This document shows, one piece after another, positions 1 to 11,823 of a DNA stretch of 64,000 nucleotides. Numbering within the stretch: the first letter of the stretch is position 1; the number at the start of each line of letters is the position of its first letter. The translations under genes and the position numbers were made by a program. The stretch is from Eledone cirrhosa (taxonomy: Eukaryota). The stretch is taken from assembly GCA_964016885.1 (NCBI GenBank), contig OZ024740.1:397668001-397732000 (forward strand). Reading direction: 5' to 3'. Below the pieces are notes generated by a model that saw nothing but the letters and a program-made list of their open reading frames with translations, had not been told where the DNA came from and did no database searches.

Positions 1-118
1 AAGGAGTTGGGCACCTTATAGATATTGATAATCCTAACCGGATCGTTAGCAAAACTAAAAAAGCCGCAGCTGTCCCTGTAGAACCAAATCCTGCTCAGAA
101 TCTTTCAAGAAGGGAGAG
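1..118 (+). CDS. PDAP1: PDAP1 (PDGFA-associated protein 1 / 28 kDa heat- and acid-stable phosphoprotein), internal coding exon, 5' part outside the window
   Basis: Frame from nt 3 reads GVGHLIDIDNPNRIVSKTKKAAAVPVEPNPAQNLSRRE(R), matching the PP28-family motif KGVEGLIdIeNPNR...LSRRERE. Donor AG|GTATGT at 118/119, phase 2. Confidence 0.93.
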
Positions 119-529
119 GTATGTATTTTCTTTTATATTTTAACTTCTGTAGTTTGAAACGTTTCAAGTTTGACTGAATTATTATGTTACTGTAGATTTT
201 TAGCATTTTATTATGCTGTTAATGAAACCCAATATTTTATTTGATTCAATTTAAATATTTTAACATTGGCAAAGGAATTTTGCTCTCCAGCCGATGATTG
301 AATGAAAGTTATTGGGGACAAAAAAAAAAATCCTTAAATTGCTGCAACAAGAAATGTTTTGAAACCAGTGGTGTATGTATGTGTTTGTGTCTTTACTGGA
401 CATTCTTTCTGTTTCTCCAATGTCAAACTTTCTTTCCTCTTGCCAGTATAAAGCGAGAAACCAATAAGACGTTTTGTACCTCTGTTTGTTGTTTCCTTGA
501 ACTATATATATATAACTATATATGTATAA

Positions 530-2508
530 TAAGTAAGGCAATCAAAGATATGAAGACGGGTAAGGCGGCTGGGCCTTCGGAAATAGTTGCTGAAAGCCTC
601 TGGAACGGTGGGACACACTATGGTCACCCGGATCGTAAACCAAGTCATACAGAATGGAGTCGTTCCGAAGGGTAAAGGAGATACCCTAGATAGGGGTAAC
701 TATAGAGGCATTAAATCAATCGACCAGGTCATGAAGGTCACAGAAAAAGTAATAGCGCAACTAATCAAAGAGCGAATTGATCTAGATGAAATGCAGTTCG
801 GGTTTGTGTCAGGTAAAAGTACCACAGACACTCTTTTCATTGTACGACAACTACAGAAGTACCTAGCTAAAAGTAAACCCCTATACTTAGCTTTTGTCGA
901 CTTGGAGAAAGCCTTTGACAGAGTCCCCCGCTCCATTATCTGGTGGGCTCTTAGAAAAGTAGGAGTTGATGAATGGCTTGTGAGAGCTATACAAGCCATG
1001 TATAAAGAAACAGTCAGCAAGGTTAGAATTAACAATGAATATATTGAAGAGTTTAGCCTAAAAGTTGGTGTTCATCAGGGCTCCGTTCTTAGTCCCCTAC
1101 TATTTATTATTGCCCTTCGGGCTATAACAGAGGAGTTCAAGACCGGCTGCCCATGGGAACTCCTATACGCAGATGATCTAATGCTCATAGCTGAATCAAT
1201 GGCTGAACTAGAGAAGAAATTCCAAACATGGAAGCATGGCCTAGAATCAAAAGGCCTTAAAATTAACCTGTCTAAGACTAAAGTTCTAGTTTGTAGGAAG
1301 GAAAATAGGGCACCAGTCCCATCTGGGAAATGGCCATGCTCAGTGTGTAGGAAAGGAGTAGGCAGAAACTCCATTTTATGTGTCAAATGCAAAGTATTGG
1401 TGCATAAAAGTTGTAGTGGGATCACAGGTAAGCTAACTAAGAATATAAATTTTATATGTGGCCGGTGCTCAGGTGCAATAAGTAGCAGCAAGTGCCCACA
1501 GAATACTAGCTCATTCCATTGCACAGATGGTTCTATAGAAATAGTGGACACCTTCCGTTACCTGGGTGACAAAATCAGCAGTGGTGGAGAGTGCTCTGAA
1601 AGTACAGTAGCCAGAGTTAGAATGGGATGGAAAAGGTTCAGAGAGCTTATACTGCTGTTGGCCACAAAAGATTTCTCTCTAAAAATGAAAGGCAGATTGT
1701 ATGATGTCTGTATACAAACAGCAATGTTACATGACAGTGAGACTTGGGCATTGTGTGCAGAGGATATACGCAGACTGGAGAGGAACGAAGCTTGCATGCT
1801 CCGCTGGATGTGTAATAGTAATATACGTGAACGGCAAAGCATAAACGAACTAAGGGAGAAATTAGGAATAAGAGGGATCAGTGTTTACTCGAGAGAAGAC
1901 TACGTTGGTATGGCCATGTGATGCGCATGAAAGACGAGAGCTATATAAAAAAAGTGCAGGGCGATAAAAATAGACGGTAGGCACGGAGTAGGCAAACCCA
2001 GAAAAACCGGGACGACTTGATAAATTCCGACCTCACACACTTACACCTCTCCAAGACAATGTCACTGGACCGAGATCTTTGGCGCTACACAGTAATACAG
2101 AAGACCCGCCTTGCCTAAGTACAAAGCGAAACCTACAGTCAGTAGGCACCTCTAACAAAAATACACTCCCGTCCCACTACCCCCACCCCAATCACACCAC
2201 CCCTTTCAATGTAAAGTTATGTTGGTACCAGAACATCTAGGCCGAAACAAATGAGGTCGTGTAGGATCACAACAAAAAAAACACACAGTCCACACTGTAA
2301 TGTGGCCGTGTAGGTAACACGGTAAAAACCTCCCAGTCCACACTGTAAATGTGGTTGGTGTTAGGAAGGGCATCCAGCCGTAGAAAACCCGCCAGACAGT
2401 CCTATACGAGCAAGTCAACCAATCTTGCCTCAAGTGGGAAAATTCCCGTCCAAACCCATACAAGCGTGGAAGATGGACGATAAACGATGATGATGATGAT
2501 GATGATGA
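530..2508 (+). mobile_element. RTE-clade LINE, 5'-truncated (RT + PHD-type finger + 3' UTR + (GAT)n tail), in a PDAP1 intron
   Basis: ORF 587-1921 carries RT motifs (QFGF, FVDLEKAFD, GVHQGSVLSP, LLYADD, FRYLG) and is frameshifted near its end. No endonuclease domain. Flanked by (TA)n on both sides. Confidence 0.93.
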
Positions 2509-2520
2509 TTATATATATAT

Positions 2521-2842
2521 GGAGGCACGTGGCTTAGTGGTTAGAGCATTGGCCTTGCAATCGAAAGGTTGTGAGTTCAATTCTCAGACCGGGTGATGTG
2601 TTGTGTCCTTGAGCAAGACACTTTATTTCACATTGCTCCAGTTTACTCAGCTGTAGAACTGGGGTCCCTATCATTTCATTGCAAAGTGGTCTGGAGGTGC
2701 CACAGCAAAAAAGCACCCAGCACTCACTGTAAATGAGGTTGGTGTTAGGAAGGGCATCCAGCTGTAGAAATCAAGCCAGAATCAGTTCCCATCCCACCCT
2801 TGCAAGCAGGGAGAAAGTGAACGTAAAATGAAATGATGATGA
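2521..2842 (+). mobile_element. tRNA-derived SINE with CORE-like central motif and RTE-derived 3' half
   Basis: A box TGGCTTAGTGG, B box GAGTTCAATTC, GTGTCCTTGAGCAAGACACTT central motif, GGTGTTAGGAAGGGCATCCAGC RTE UTR motif and (GAT)n tail. Confidence 0.85.
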
Positions 2843-3870
2843 CACCATTTATACTTATGTACAAGTCTCACCATTTTTTTTCCATAAAACTACAATGGAA
2901 AAATCAGTATTCAATTTATCTACTGGGCCTACAAAACATCACATATTGTAGATGCCAAAAGCAACCATTCAACATTGATGTCTAACAGTGATTTAGAAAG
3001 CCCAAATAATGTTATTAGATAATAATAATTGGCGAGTAAATAAAAGCAAAATAAGAATGTATTTTTGTTAAATTCATTGTCTCCTAGTATTTTGTACATC
3101 ATTTACCATTGCAGTTAGTTGCAAGCATTCCATAAAATATTTTTGAAAATAATTTTGTTGTTTAACTTCACATTTATTTACCAGTTAATAGTCAAAATAT
3201 AATTATAATTTTTTTAATTGCTGTAAGTAAACAAATTCTTTCAGTCCGTTATTGACAAGACAGGAAATTAAATATTGTTGATATACATTATTATTGCACC
3301 ATATAGAAGTTGAGCAGACTGTTGCAGTGTATTGTCTGTATATTGATATGTAATTTGCTCCTCTTCAAAAGCTTCTAGACATGTGTTTCAGATCAGGAAA
3401 TGTAAAACATGTCTGAAGTGAGATAGTTATTATTAAATTTGTAAAGAATCCAGTTTGCAAAGTATCAGATGCCATTTGTGTACTATCATTTTCTTTGTAT
3501 ATATGTGTGTGTGTGTGTGTATATATATATATCACATATATGTGTATATACATATATATATCACTGTCAAAACGACCAAATTTCAACCCAACAACAACAA
3601 CAGCACCAATAACAGCATCAGAATGAAATGAACACCAACATCAAGAGAAACAAACATCAACTCCCATCACTTTCACCATCACCTTAAAAAAACAACAGCT
3701 ATAATAATAATAATTTTCTGCTGTTGGCATGAGGCAGCGATTGTCCCAGCGCATTGCTGGTGCCTTGTTTTGTCGACTCCGTGGGGATGAAGGACAGGGT
3801 TGACCTCAGCGGGATTTGAACCCAGAGCGTGGAGGGCCATAGCTCTATGCTGTAAAACAATTATTATAAG

Positions 3871-4058
3871 AATTGTTTCTATGTTAGGCACAAGGCCAGC
3901 AATTACCCAGTGTATTACTGGCACTTTATTTTATCGACCTCGTAAGGATGAAAGGCAAAGTTAACCTCGGCGGGATTTGAACTCAGAATGGCAAGGGCCG
4001 TAACTCTATGCGTCAAAGCATGGAGTCCGGCCCTCTACCGATACTGCCAATCCACCGC
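3871..4058 (-). mobile_element. tRNA-derived SINE of about 190 bp with Meta-like domain (a diverged copy is adjacent at about 3710-3860)
   Basis: Consensus GGCGGTGrATTGGCAGTATCGGTAGAG...GAGTTCAAATCCCGCCGAGGTTAACTTTGCCTTTCATCC...GTCGATAAAATAAAGTACCAG...GGCCTTGTGCCaAAAGTAGAAACAATT(ATT)n. At least 15 copies or fragments in the window. Confidence 0.85.
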
Positions 4059-4209
4059 AATACTGAACAGTAACACACGGCTTCAATTATACAAACTCTT
4101 TCGAAAGTCAATAGTTGACATGGTCTTATATCAGTAATGACGGTAATATATGTATATGTGAGTGGTGTGTGCGTGTTTGTATGCATGAGTGTGTAAGTTG
4201 TATGATAAG

Positions 4210-4244
<35 letters not shown>

Positions 4245-4699
4245 CGCAGGGACATAGAAATAATCGGGCTGGATGCCCGATCGAGCAGTTAAACCACTCT
4301 GGGAGTGAAGGATCCCTAGCTTTTGTCAGAGCATTCTTCTAGGAGAAAGCAACTCAGGAAATTGGCATAACTCCAACTGCGACTCAGTAGTTACCAATGA
4401 TGTTGATCTTTTCTTCTTTTCGGGTTATAGCTAATGTCGCTCAGAGAGTGGGATTGGCTCTGTGCACAGTCTTTCCTCACTTTAAAAATATTCTTCATGC
4501 ACAGGCATTGCACGATTGCATTAATTAATAATTATTAATAGTGTTATTATTATTATTATGACCAAGCTGTAAAATAGAGGGGTAGAGAGGGCCCATGAGT
4601 CCAGTAAGACATCCTCTCTAGTGCTGGTGCCACGGATAAAAGTGCCCAGTCCATGCTGTAAAGTGGTGCTGGTGTTAGGAAGGGCATCCAACCAGTATA

Positions 4700-7063
4700 T
4701 ATACTACTGCCAAAAACCTAGAGCACAACACATGAGAATTGCAACAACTGCGTCAACAGCAATAACACTAACCATGTTAGGGCTGCGGACGGTAGTGGGG
4801 TGGCTTGTGCGAGAACCCACCGACCGTCTTCAAGCAATCGCACTACAGGAAAAGGAACAAGAATATGAAGACATCACAGTGGTTAGTCGTTAGTGATATC
4901 TCAGTAAGCAAGAGACGGAATGAGACATACAGGAAAGTGTGGAGAAGAAAGGTCTGGAAGCTAAAAGATCTTTCACTAAAATACAAATTTGGGAAAGCCC
5001 TTCAAGATGTGTATGACGAAAAAGAAGACGATTTAGAGTCGTATGACATAGATGATAACTGGAATTTCTTACGTGACAACTTACTGCAGGCTACTGATGA
5101 AACTTGTGGCTGAAGCTAAGCTCCAACAATCAGAGAGTGACCTGGTGGTGGCACAGCACGGTAGATAGGGCCAGTAGAGACAAAAGGGTGGGAGTAGAGA
5201 AGGATATACAGCCGCTAAGAGGGAAGCTAGAAGTCAGGTGTACTTAGCACGCAGGGAAGCTGAGAGTAGGAGGTTTGCCAATGTTCTGCGACGGGAAAAT
5301 CAGAGATGTGTAGTGCTCCACATTGCAAGGCAGTGTGTCAATGCAAATCAGGATGTTGTTGGAGATAAATGTGTCCGGAAGGATGCCGGTGTACTTAGTG
5401 TCACAAATGATCAGAAAAAGGAGGCCTGGAAATGTCATTATGAGAGACTGATGAATATGGAGAACGAATGGGAGAGAGAAATTACCCTCAGTAGATCCGA
5501 CAGGGACCAGCTATTGAGATTGACGAATATAGGGTCCAAGAGGCGATTAAGGAAATGAAAAATGGTAAGGCCGCTGGACCGTCGAGGATAGTTGCTGAAG
5601 GCATCTGGGGGCATAGGCACTAAACTGGTTGCACGTATCATCAATGTCATACCCAAAGACTGGTGCAGCGGTATTCTCATAAATTGCTCTGGAGAGGAGC
5701 AATTATAGGGGTATAAAACTGATGGATCAGGTTATGAAAGTGGCAGAAAGGATATTAGCGCAACTAGGGTCAAACTAGATGAGATGCAGTTTGGTTTTGT
5801 GCCTGGGAAAAGTACAACAGATGCCCTCTTCTTAGTGAGACAATTACAAGGTTCTTAGAGAAGAAGAAGCCACTATACTTAGCTTTTGTTGACCTAGAGA
5901 AGCCCTTTGATAGGGTACCCCGATCTGTCATCTAGTGGTCCCTAAGGAAACTAGGTGTTGAGGAATGGCTTGTGAGGACAGTGCAAACTTTGTACAGAGG
6001 TACTCTCAGTAAAGTCAGGGTAGGAATGGAGTTTAGTGAGGAACTCCAGATACAAGTAGGAGTACATCAGGGTTCGGTCCTGAGCCCGCTCTTGTTCATT
6101 ATAGTTCTCCAAGCCATAACAGAGGAGTTTAAGACTGGCTGTCCATGGGAACTTCTCTACGCTGACGATCTGGTTCTTATAGCAGAATCAGTAGAGGAGC
6201 TAGAGAATAAATTCTGGCTATGGAAACAGCAGTTGGAAGCAAGAGGACTGAGAGTGAATCTAGCTAAGACAAAAGTGTTGATGAGTAGAAAAGAGGACAA
6301 ACTCTGATTCCATCAGGGAAATGGCCATGTTCGATATGCAGAAAAGGAACTGGCATAAATTCTATAAAATGTACACAATGCAGATCTTGGGTACACAAGA
6401 GATGTGGGATAGCAGGCAAACTAACAGGTAGGAAGAAATATGCAGATGTACAGGGAAATTAGACAGTAAAAGTCGCATTGATAGACACATTTTTCAAATG
6501 CAGGTGGGTGCTAGAGAAGTGGTTGATAGCTTCCGGTACTTAGGTGATCAGATTAGCATGGGAGGGAGGTGTTCCGGGCCCATAGTATCTAGAATAAGGA
6601 CGGGTTGGAAGAAGTTTAGGGAGCTGCTGACGAAGAAGGGTTTCTCCTTGCGTATGAAAGGCCGATTCTATGATGCCTGTGTGAGAGGCACAATGCTGCA
6701 TAGTAGTGAGACATGGGCAGCAACTTCAGAGGATATGCGACGGCTGGAGAGAAATGAAGAAAACATGCTCTGTTGGATGTGTTGAGAGAGAAACTGTCTG
6801 AGAGGGATAGATTGTAGTGTGTGGGAGAGGAGACTGCGATGGTATGGACACGTGATGCGCATGGAGGATGACTGATGGGTGAAGAAATGCCAGTTGAAGG
6901 AAGACGTAGTAGAGGTAGACCACGAAAAACATGGGCGGAGGTGTTGAGAGCAGACCTCAGATCGGTGGAGATGACGAAGGACCTTGACAAGTGGAGAGAT
7001 GCTGTGCTGAATAGGACCCGTCCCGCTCTTGCAAGCAGGGAAAAGCGGACGTAAAATGATGAT
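4700..7063 (+). mobile_element. RTE-clade LINE, degraded second subfamily
   Basis: Fragmented ORFs 4805-6785 with the same RT motifs (GVHQGSVLSP, LLYADD, FRYLG), many stops and frameshifts. Ends GCAAGCAGGGAAAAGCGGACGTAAAATGATGAT. Confidence 0.88.
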
Positions 7064-7617
7064 ATGTATTGACCCAGTAGTAACATACAGTGTGTCTTCA
7101 GCATTTTAAACAAAGCAGAGCCCATCCCTCTCCAGGTTTGACCATAGCTGATTTCTTCTAGAAAAGGAAAGAAAGATATAGAGAAATAATCAACCGCAAT
7201 ACTGAACTGCTACTTTTTTTTTATCCACCTTGAAAGGATGAAAGGCAAATTTATATCAGCAGGATTTGAACTCAGGTCACAGAGCTGAAACAAATACTGC
7301 AAAGCATTCTATTCAATGTCCTAGCAATTGCCAATTTGCCACCTCTTTTTCTCATTACCAATTGTGTAATGGTAATCTTATAATATATAACCAGCAATTT
7401 TCTCTGTCTGTCTGTCCGACAGTGGAAACACGTGCGCGCGTGCGAATGTTTTTTGCGCACGCGTAGAGGGAGGAATTGAGGAGTGCTACAGAAACATATA
7501 TACATTTCTGTGTGTGTGTAATATATATATATATACACACACAGAAATATATATACATTTCTGTGTGTGTTATATATATTACACACACAGAAATGTATAT
7601 ATATATATTACACACAC

Positions 7618-7946
7618 ATCATCATCATTTCATTTTACGTCCACTTTTTCCCTGCTTGCAAGGGTGGGACGGGAACTGATTCTGGCTTGATTTCTACAGC
7701 TGGATGCCCTTCCTAACACCTCATTTACAGTGAGTGCTGGGTGCTTTTTTTGCCATGGCACCTCCACGACCACTTTGCAGTGGAATGATATGGACCCCAG
7801 TCCCTATCATCTCATTTCTACAGCTGAGTAAACTGGAACAATGTGAAATAAAGTGTCTTGCTCAAGGAAACAACACATCACCCGGTCTGAGAATTGAACT
7901 CACAACCATTCGATTGCAAGGCCAATGCTCTAACCACTAAGCCATG
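7618..7946 (-). mobile_element. Same CORE-like/RTE SINE, inverted copy (another 3' half at about 53812-53997, +)
   Basis: The reverse complement is near-identical to 2521-2842. Confidence 0.85.
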
Positions 7947-8189
7947 TACCACACAGAAATATATATACATCCCTTAGCTACTGTACTGTATCTGTTGCTA
8001 TCTCTCTCTCTCCAGCTATCCCTCTCTTTTAGTCTGTCTGTTTCTCTCACTCTCACTCTTTCTCTTTGTAACACACTAACATTCCTCCCCTCTATCGCTG
8101 TGACGAATGGGGAGGAGGAGAGAGTCACTTCGTCACTTCACCTCTGCCTTTCTTTCTCTCCCCTCACTGCCTCATTACGTACAGACATT

Positions 8190-8384
8190 AGGGCGGTGGA
8201 TTGGCAGAATCTGTAGAGAGTCGGACACCATGCTTCATAGCATGGAGTTACGTCCCTTTACGGTCTGAGTTCAAATACCGCCGAGGTTAACTTTGCCTTT
8301 CATCCTCACGGGGTCGATAAAATAAAGTACCAGTAATGTACTGGGTAATTGCTGGCCTTGTGCCAAAAGTAGAAACAATTATTA
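8190..8384 (+). mobile_element. Meta-like SINE copy
   Basis: Full-length match to the family consensus, with ATT tail. Confidence 0.85.
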
Positions 8385-9163
8385 GAAACATTGCTTCATT
8401 TTTACATATCTAAGCATTAGTAAAATAACTAATAATTTCAAAAGTAATTTTTCAATTCCAATTGTTATGAACAGCAAAACTTTAATAATAATTTTGTTCT
8501 AAGAAATATATATACATTTCTGTGTGTGTAATATATATAAATATATATACACACACAGAAATATATATATATATACACACAGAAATATATATACATTTCT
8601 GTGTGTGTAATATATATATATATATACACACACAGAAATATATGGGCATTTCTCTGTTTGTCTGTCTGTCTGTCCTTCCCTAAAACTCAAATGTAGGTGC
8701 TACAGAAATATTACCTTCCCCTTCCTTTCTCTACTTTGGTACTACCAAGAGAAACACTGTCGCCATAGAAACATTACCTTCCCCTCTCCACTGACTTTGG
8801 TCACTGAGGCCCAGGGAATCGCTGGTTGCTATAGAGACACCTTGCACAAGCCAGAAGTAACCAGTTCGAGGCGGTTCTGACTTGACACCATGCCAAGGAC
8901 CATTTGAAGATATATTTCCATCGTTATATCATAACGTTTATATTTCCGTCACTAATCTTTTTTTCTCCTTTTTTGTTTTAACATATATTTATTTCAAAGA
9001 TTTCACCGTATAGATAACATATATATTTATACATGCATAAAAGACACACCGAGAGACGGTGAACATGTGGTGCCGAAAACATTTCTCATCCAAATCTCAA
9101 CAATATCAGTATATACACTAGATTTGCTAGCAGAAAACCGCCCATCGGTTGGTTTTCTGCTAG

Positions 9164-10027
9164 TCTATATATATAAAACTGAGGATGTCTGTCTGTGTGT
9201 GTGTGAGTTTGAATCCCTAGAACTCAAGAACCACCCAACCGACTGTTTTCAAACTTTACACATGTAATACTTATGTTTCAGGGAGTGTTCTGAGCAAAAA
9301 AATTTCAAATTTTCAATGCCCCAGGGACCACATTAGGCGATTTAGCGATCTCGCTCTATAATTCTTAGTCTTTCTCTTTTTAGATAGATACATACTTATA
9401 ACGTCGCGCCCTTATAATATCTGTCTGTATGTCTGCTGTCTGCATTACATCACTTCCTGGTGGATGTCTGTGTGTGTGTATGAGTTTGAATCCCTAAAAC
9501 TCGAGAAGTACCCAACCGATTTTTTTCAAACTTTACATGTGTATTACTTATGTTTCAGGGAATGTTATGCACATACAAAAATTCAACTTTTTTTATCTCC
9601 ATTAGGTGAAAAACTGCGTTGTTTAACATTTCCTTGAAATTGTAACTATGTATTAGTCAGTCTCTTCTTCATACCGTAAGAAAAGAAAATCCAACTTTCT
9701 TATGGCCTAGGGCCCGCTTTAGGTGAAAAACTTCATTTTTTCAGCTTCTTAGGCCATTTTGGAGGCATTACGTCTAGCTGATTTTCCCGAAATTTCAAGG
9801 CATATTATGCACATTAAAAAAATTCATTTTCTTGATCCTCTAGTGCCCGCATTAGGTGAAAACCTGCATTTTTCCTGCTTCATCGAAGAAAATCTTAAAG
9901 ATTATCCAGCCATCAGAGTATTCGGTTTATTTTCTTTACATATTGTCCAGGTATGCAGTTTTTAGGTCTATTGGCGGCCCACGTTCCAAAATACCTTATC
10001 CCGTGCAACGCCGGGTACCACTGCTAG
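9164..10027 (+). mobile_element. Non-autonomous Helitron
   Basis: Starts TCTATATATATAAAA. Ends with the GC-rich imperfect hairpin CCCGTGCAACGCCGGG followed by ...CTGCTAG|T. Internal duplicated block (about 9184-9310 vs about 9463-9590). Confidence 0.8.
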
Positions 10028-10301
10028 TATTTTATAAAAATGAAACATTAATTACAAATTTCATTTATTTTGATTATTCTATCATGAATTGTTTGTAAGT
10101 TCATATTTTGCACTGTCTTTTGAGCTGTCTCTCCTACTCAAAGGTAGGTACTAATCCATCCATGAGGTTACCAGCAATAAACCTACTCTCTATTTTGGTG
10201 GGGAAATTTCTCATTTAACACTATAAAAATATAGATATTGACCCTTACCTATGGTATTAACCTTATACAAATAAATTAAAATATTTTGAAATATTTTCCA
10301 G

Positions 10302-10453
10302 GGAAGAAATTGAAAAGCAACAAGCTCGAATTAAGTATCAACAATTACATTTACTGGGCAAAACAGAAGAAGCCAGATCAGATCTTGCTCGTTTAGCACT
10401 TATAAAGAAACAAAGAGAAGAGTCTGCTAAGAAACGTGAGGATGACAAAAAAG
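10302..10453 (+). CDS. PDAP1: PDAP1 coding exon
   Basis: Acceptor TTTTCCAG ends at 10301, and AG+G completes Arg. Reads [50 protein letters not shown], the conserved PP28 core (GKTeqA.aDLARLA.irkqRE). Donor G|GTAATT, phase 1. Confidence 0.95.
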
Positions 10454-11387
10454 GTAATTGAAATATACTTTTTAAGATGTTGATATCTACAAAGAATATT
10501 AGTTTTTTTTGTAATGAAATGAATTGTCCTGGTATTTACTAGAAGTTTTTTGTCTATTGAGGTGCAAGCTGTTTAATGTGCTAAGCTATTAGCTACATGA
10601 CCATGTGGTCAAAGCCCTATTACAGGTATTCTATTATAAAGCAAGATATTCCGCATGCATAGGAAATGACACAACTGAAATACTAAAAGATTAACATACA
10701 TTTTGCTCTAAGAGTATGTTAATCTTCAAAATTAGTGCATTAACAATGATGAGTATCAATTATTTGAATATACATATATATATTCATGGAAAAGGTATTT
10801 TATTTTGTAATGGTTTTATTTTATAAAATCATTTGATTTACCAAGTCATTTACATATATCAAATTTCGTTGACTAGCCCAATGCATGTTAGTGTATAAAA
10901 ACATACAGAAGAACACTTAAAACAAAATCAACATTATTATATTGTTTGAAAAGATCTTTTCCAATTAGTAAATAGTGTTGTGTATATGATGTAGGCTTTC
11001 AAATTAGGATTTATAGGTGCAGGACATTAGCTTCACTGCTGCTGTACTTTTTAGTGGTGATAAGATATGGTATAAATAAATATCCTGGCTGTTTCTTGTG
11101 TAGCATGGTTGGGTAAATGCACCAACTGTACCATCAAAAAATTAATGTTTAGGTGTTGATTCCTGCTATACACAATGACCAGTTAGTCACTATCTGGTCT
11201 TCAGATGTGAAAGTTGTATAATTATGCTAGCTATAAATATTGCAGGTGTCTCAAATATTTAAGTAATATCATAAAATTTTTTTGGTCTGTCTTAATATAG
11301 TTTTTATGAATATTATCAATTCCATGTTATAATTAATTGTTCAATTATATGTTTTTTTTTTTTTTTTTTTTTTTTTTGCAATTTCAG

Positions 11388-11437
11388 CCAAAGATTCTGC
11401 CAAAGTTTCGGCAAATAAACTGAAAGGGAAGTCTTGA
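11388..11437 (+). CDS. PDAP1: PDAP1 last coding exon
   Basis: Long poly-T tract followed by TTTCAG acceptor (ends 11387). The phase-1 join gives AKDSAKVSANKLKGKS* with TGA at 11435-11437, similar in length to the animal PDAP1 C-terminus. Confidence 0.88.
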
Positions 11438-11817
11438 TGTTAGGCAGTTTGCAGTTTGAGGTAAAGAGCATCCTGTGACTACTTAGCTATGTGATTTTCA
11501 CATTTTACCAAGCTACCAATGATAACTTGGTAACCATGATTATCACTTAAAAGTAATGTTAACTGTTATTACTATTATTTTTATTCTTAAAATATGTTAT
11601 TGAGGTTCTGAAAACTAGCTTTTACCACTCTTTATTCTATAAGTATATCTTGCATTTTTATCCCTTCTTTTTTCATTTTTCCTAGCTGAAGAAATCTGAA
11701 CCAAATGTACATCTCTATCTATTATTTGTTAGCAGAATACATTTGTATTAGAATTACTTCTGTTTGAAATTATTTTAACATGTTAAAGAATTATTTTAGA
11801 AAAATGATATAAATTGC

Positions 11818-11823
11818 AATAAA
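11818..11823 (+). promoter_or_regulatory. Candidate polyadenylation signal of PDAP1 (alternative AATAAA at 12432-12437)
   Basis: AATAAA about 380 nt after the stop codon, followed by T/GT-rich sequence. The background is AT-rich, so specificity is low. Confidence 0.4.

Larger units (their letters stand above)
7376..9163 (+). mobile_element. Probable Helitron-derived tract with nested SINEs; 3' terminus is the long CTAGCAGAAAACC..GGTTTTCTGCTAG hairpin
   Basis: A|TCTTATAATATATAA-type 5' end at 7376, and a 3' hairpin at 9127-9163 shared with the copies at 27.8 and 40.8 kb. Whether the two ends belong to one element is uncertain. Confidence 0.45.

Noticed and set aside
700-1842. Antisense ORFs overlapping the RT ORFs (also at 13.8-14.7, 49.8-50.4 and 54.8-55.6 kb)
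   Set aside because: They are shadows of the LINE coding strand and recur only because the LINE copies are homologous.
587-1921. Intact active LINE, or a retron/prokaryotic RT system
   Set aside because: It has no endonuclease domain, is 5'-truncated with an internal deletion and a terminal frameshift, and its motifs, UTR and tail are those of a eukaryotic RTE LINE.
2521-2595. tRNA gene
   Set aside because: A and B boxes are present, but the sequence continues into a SINE body and RTE tail and is multicopy. It is a SINE head; the same applies to the Meta-like SINE heads.
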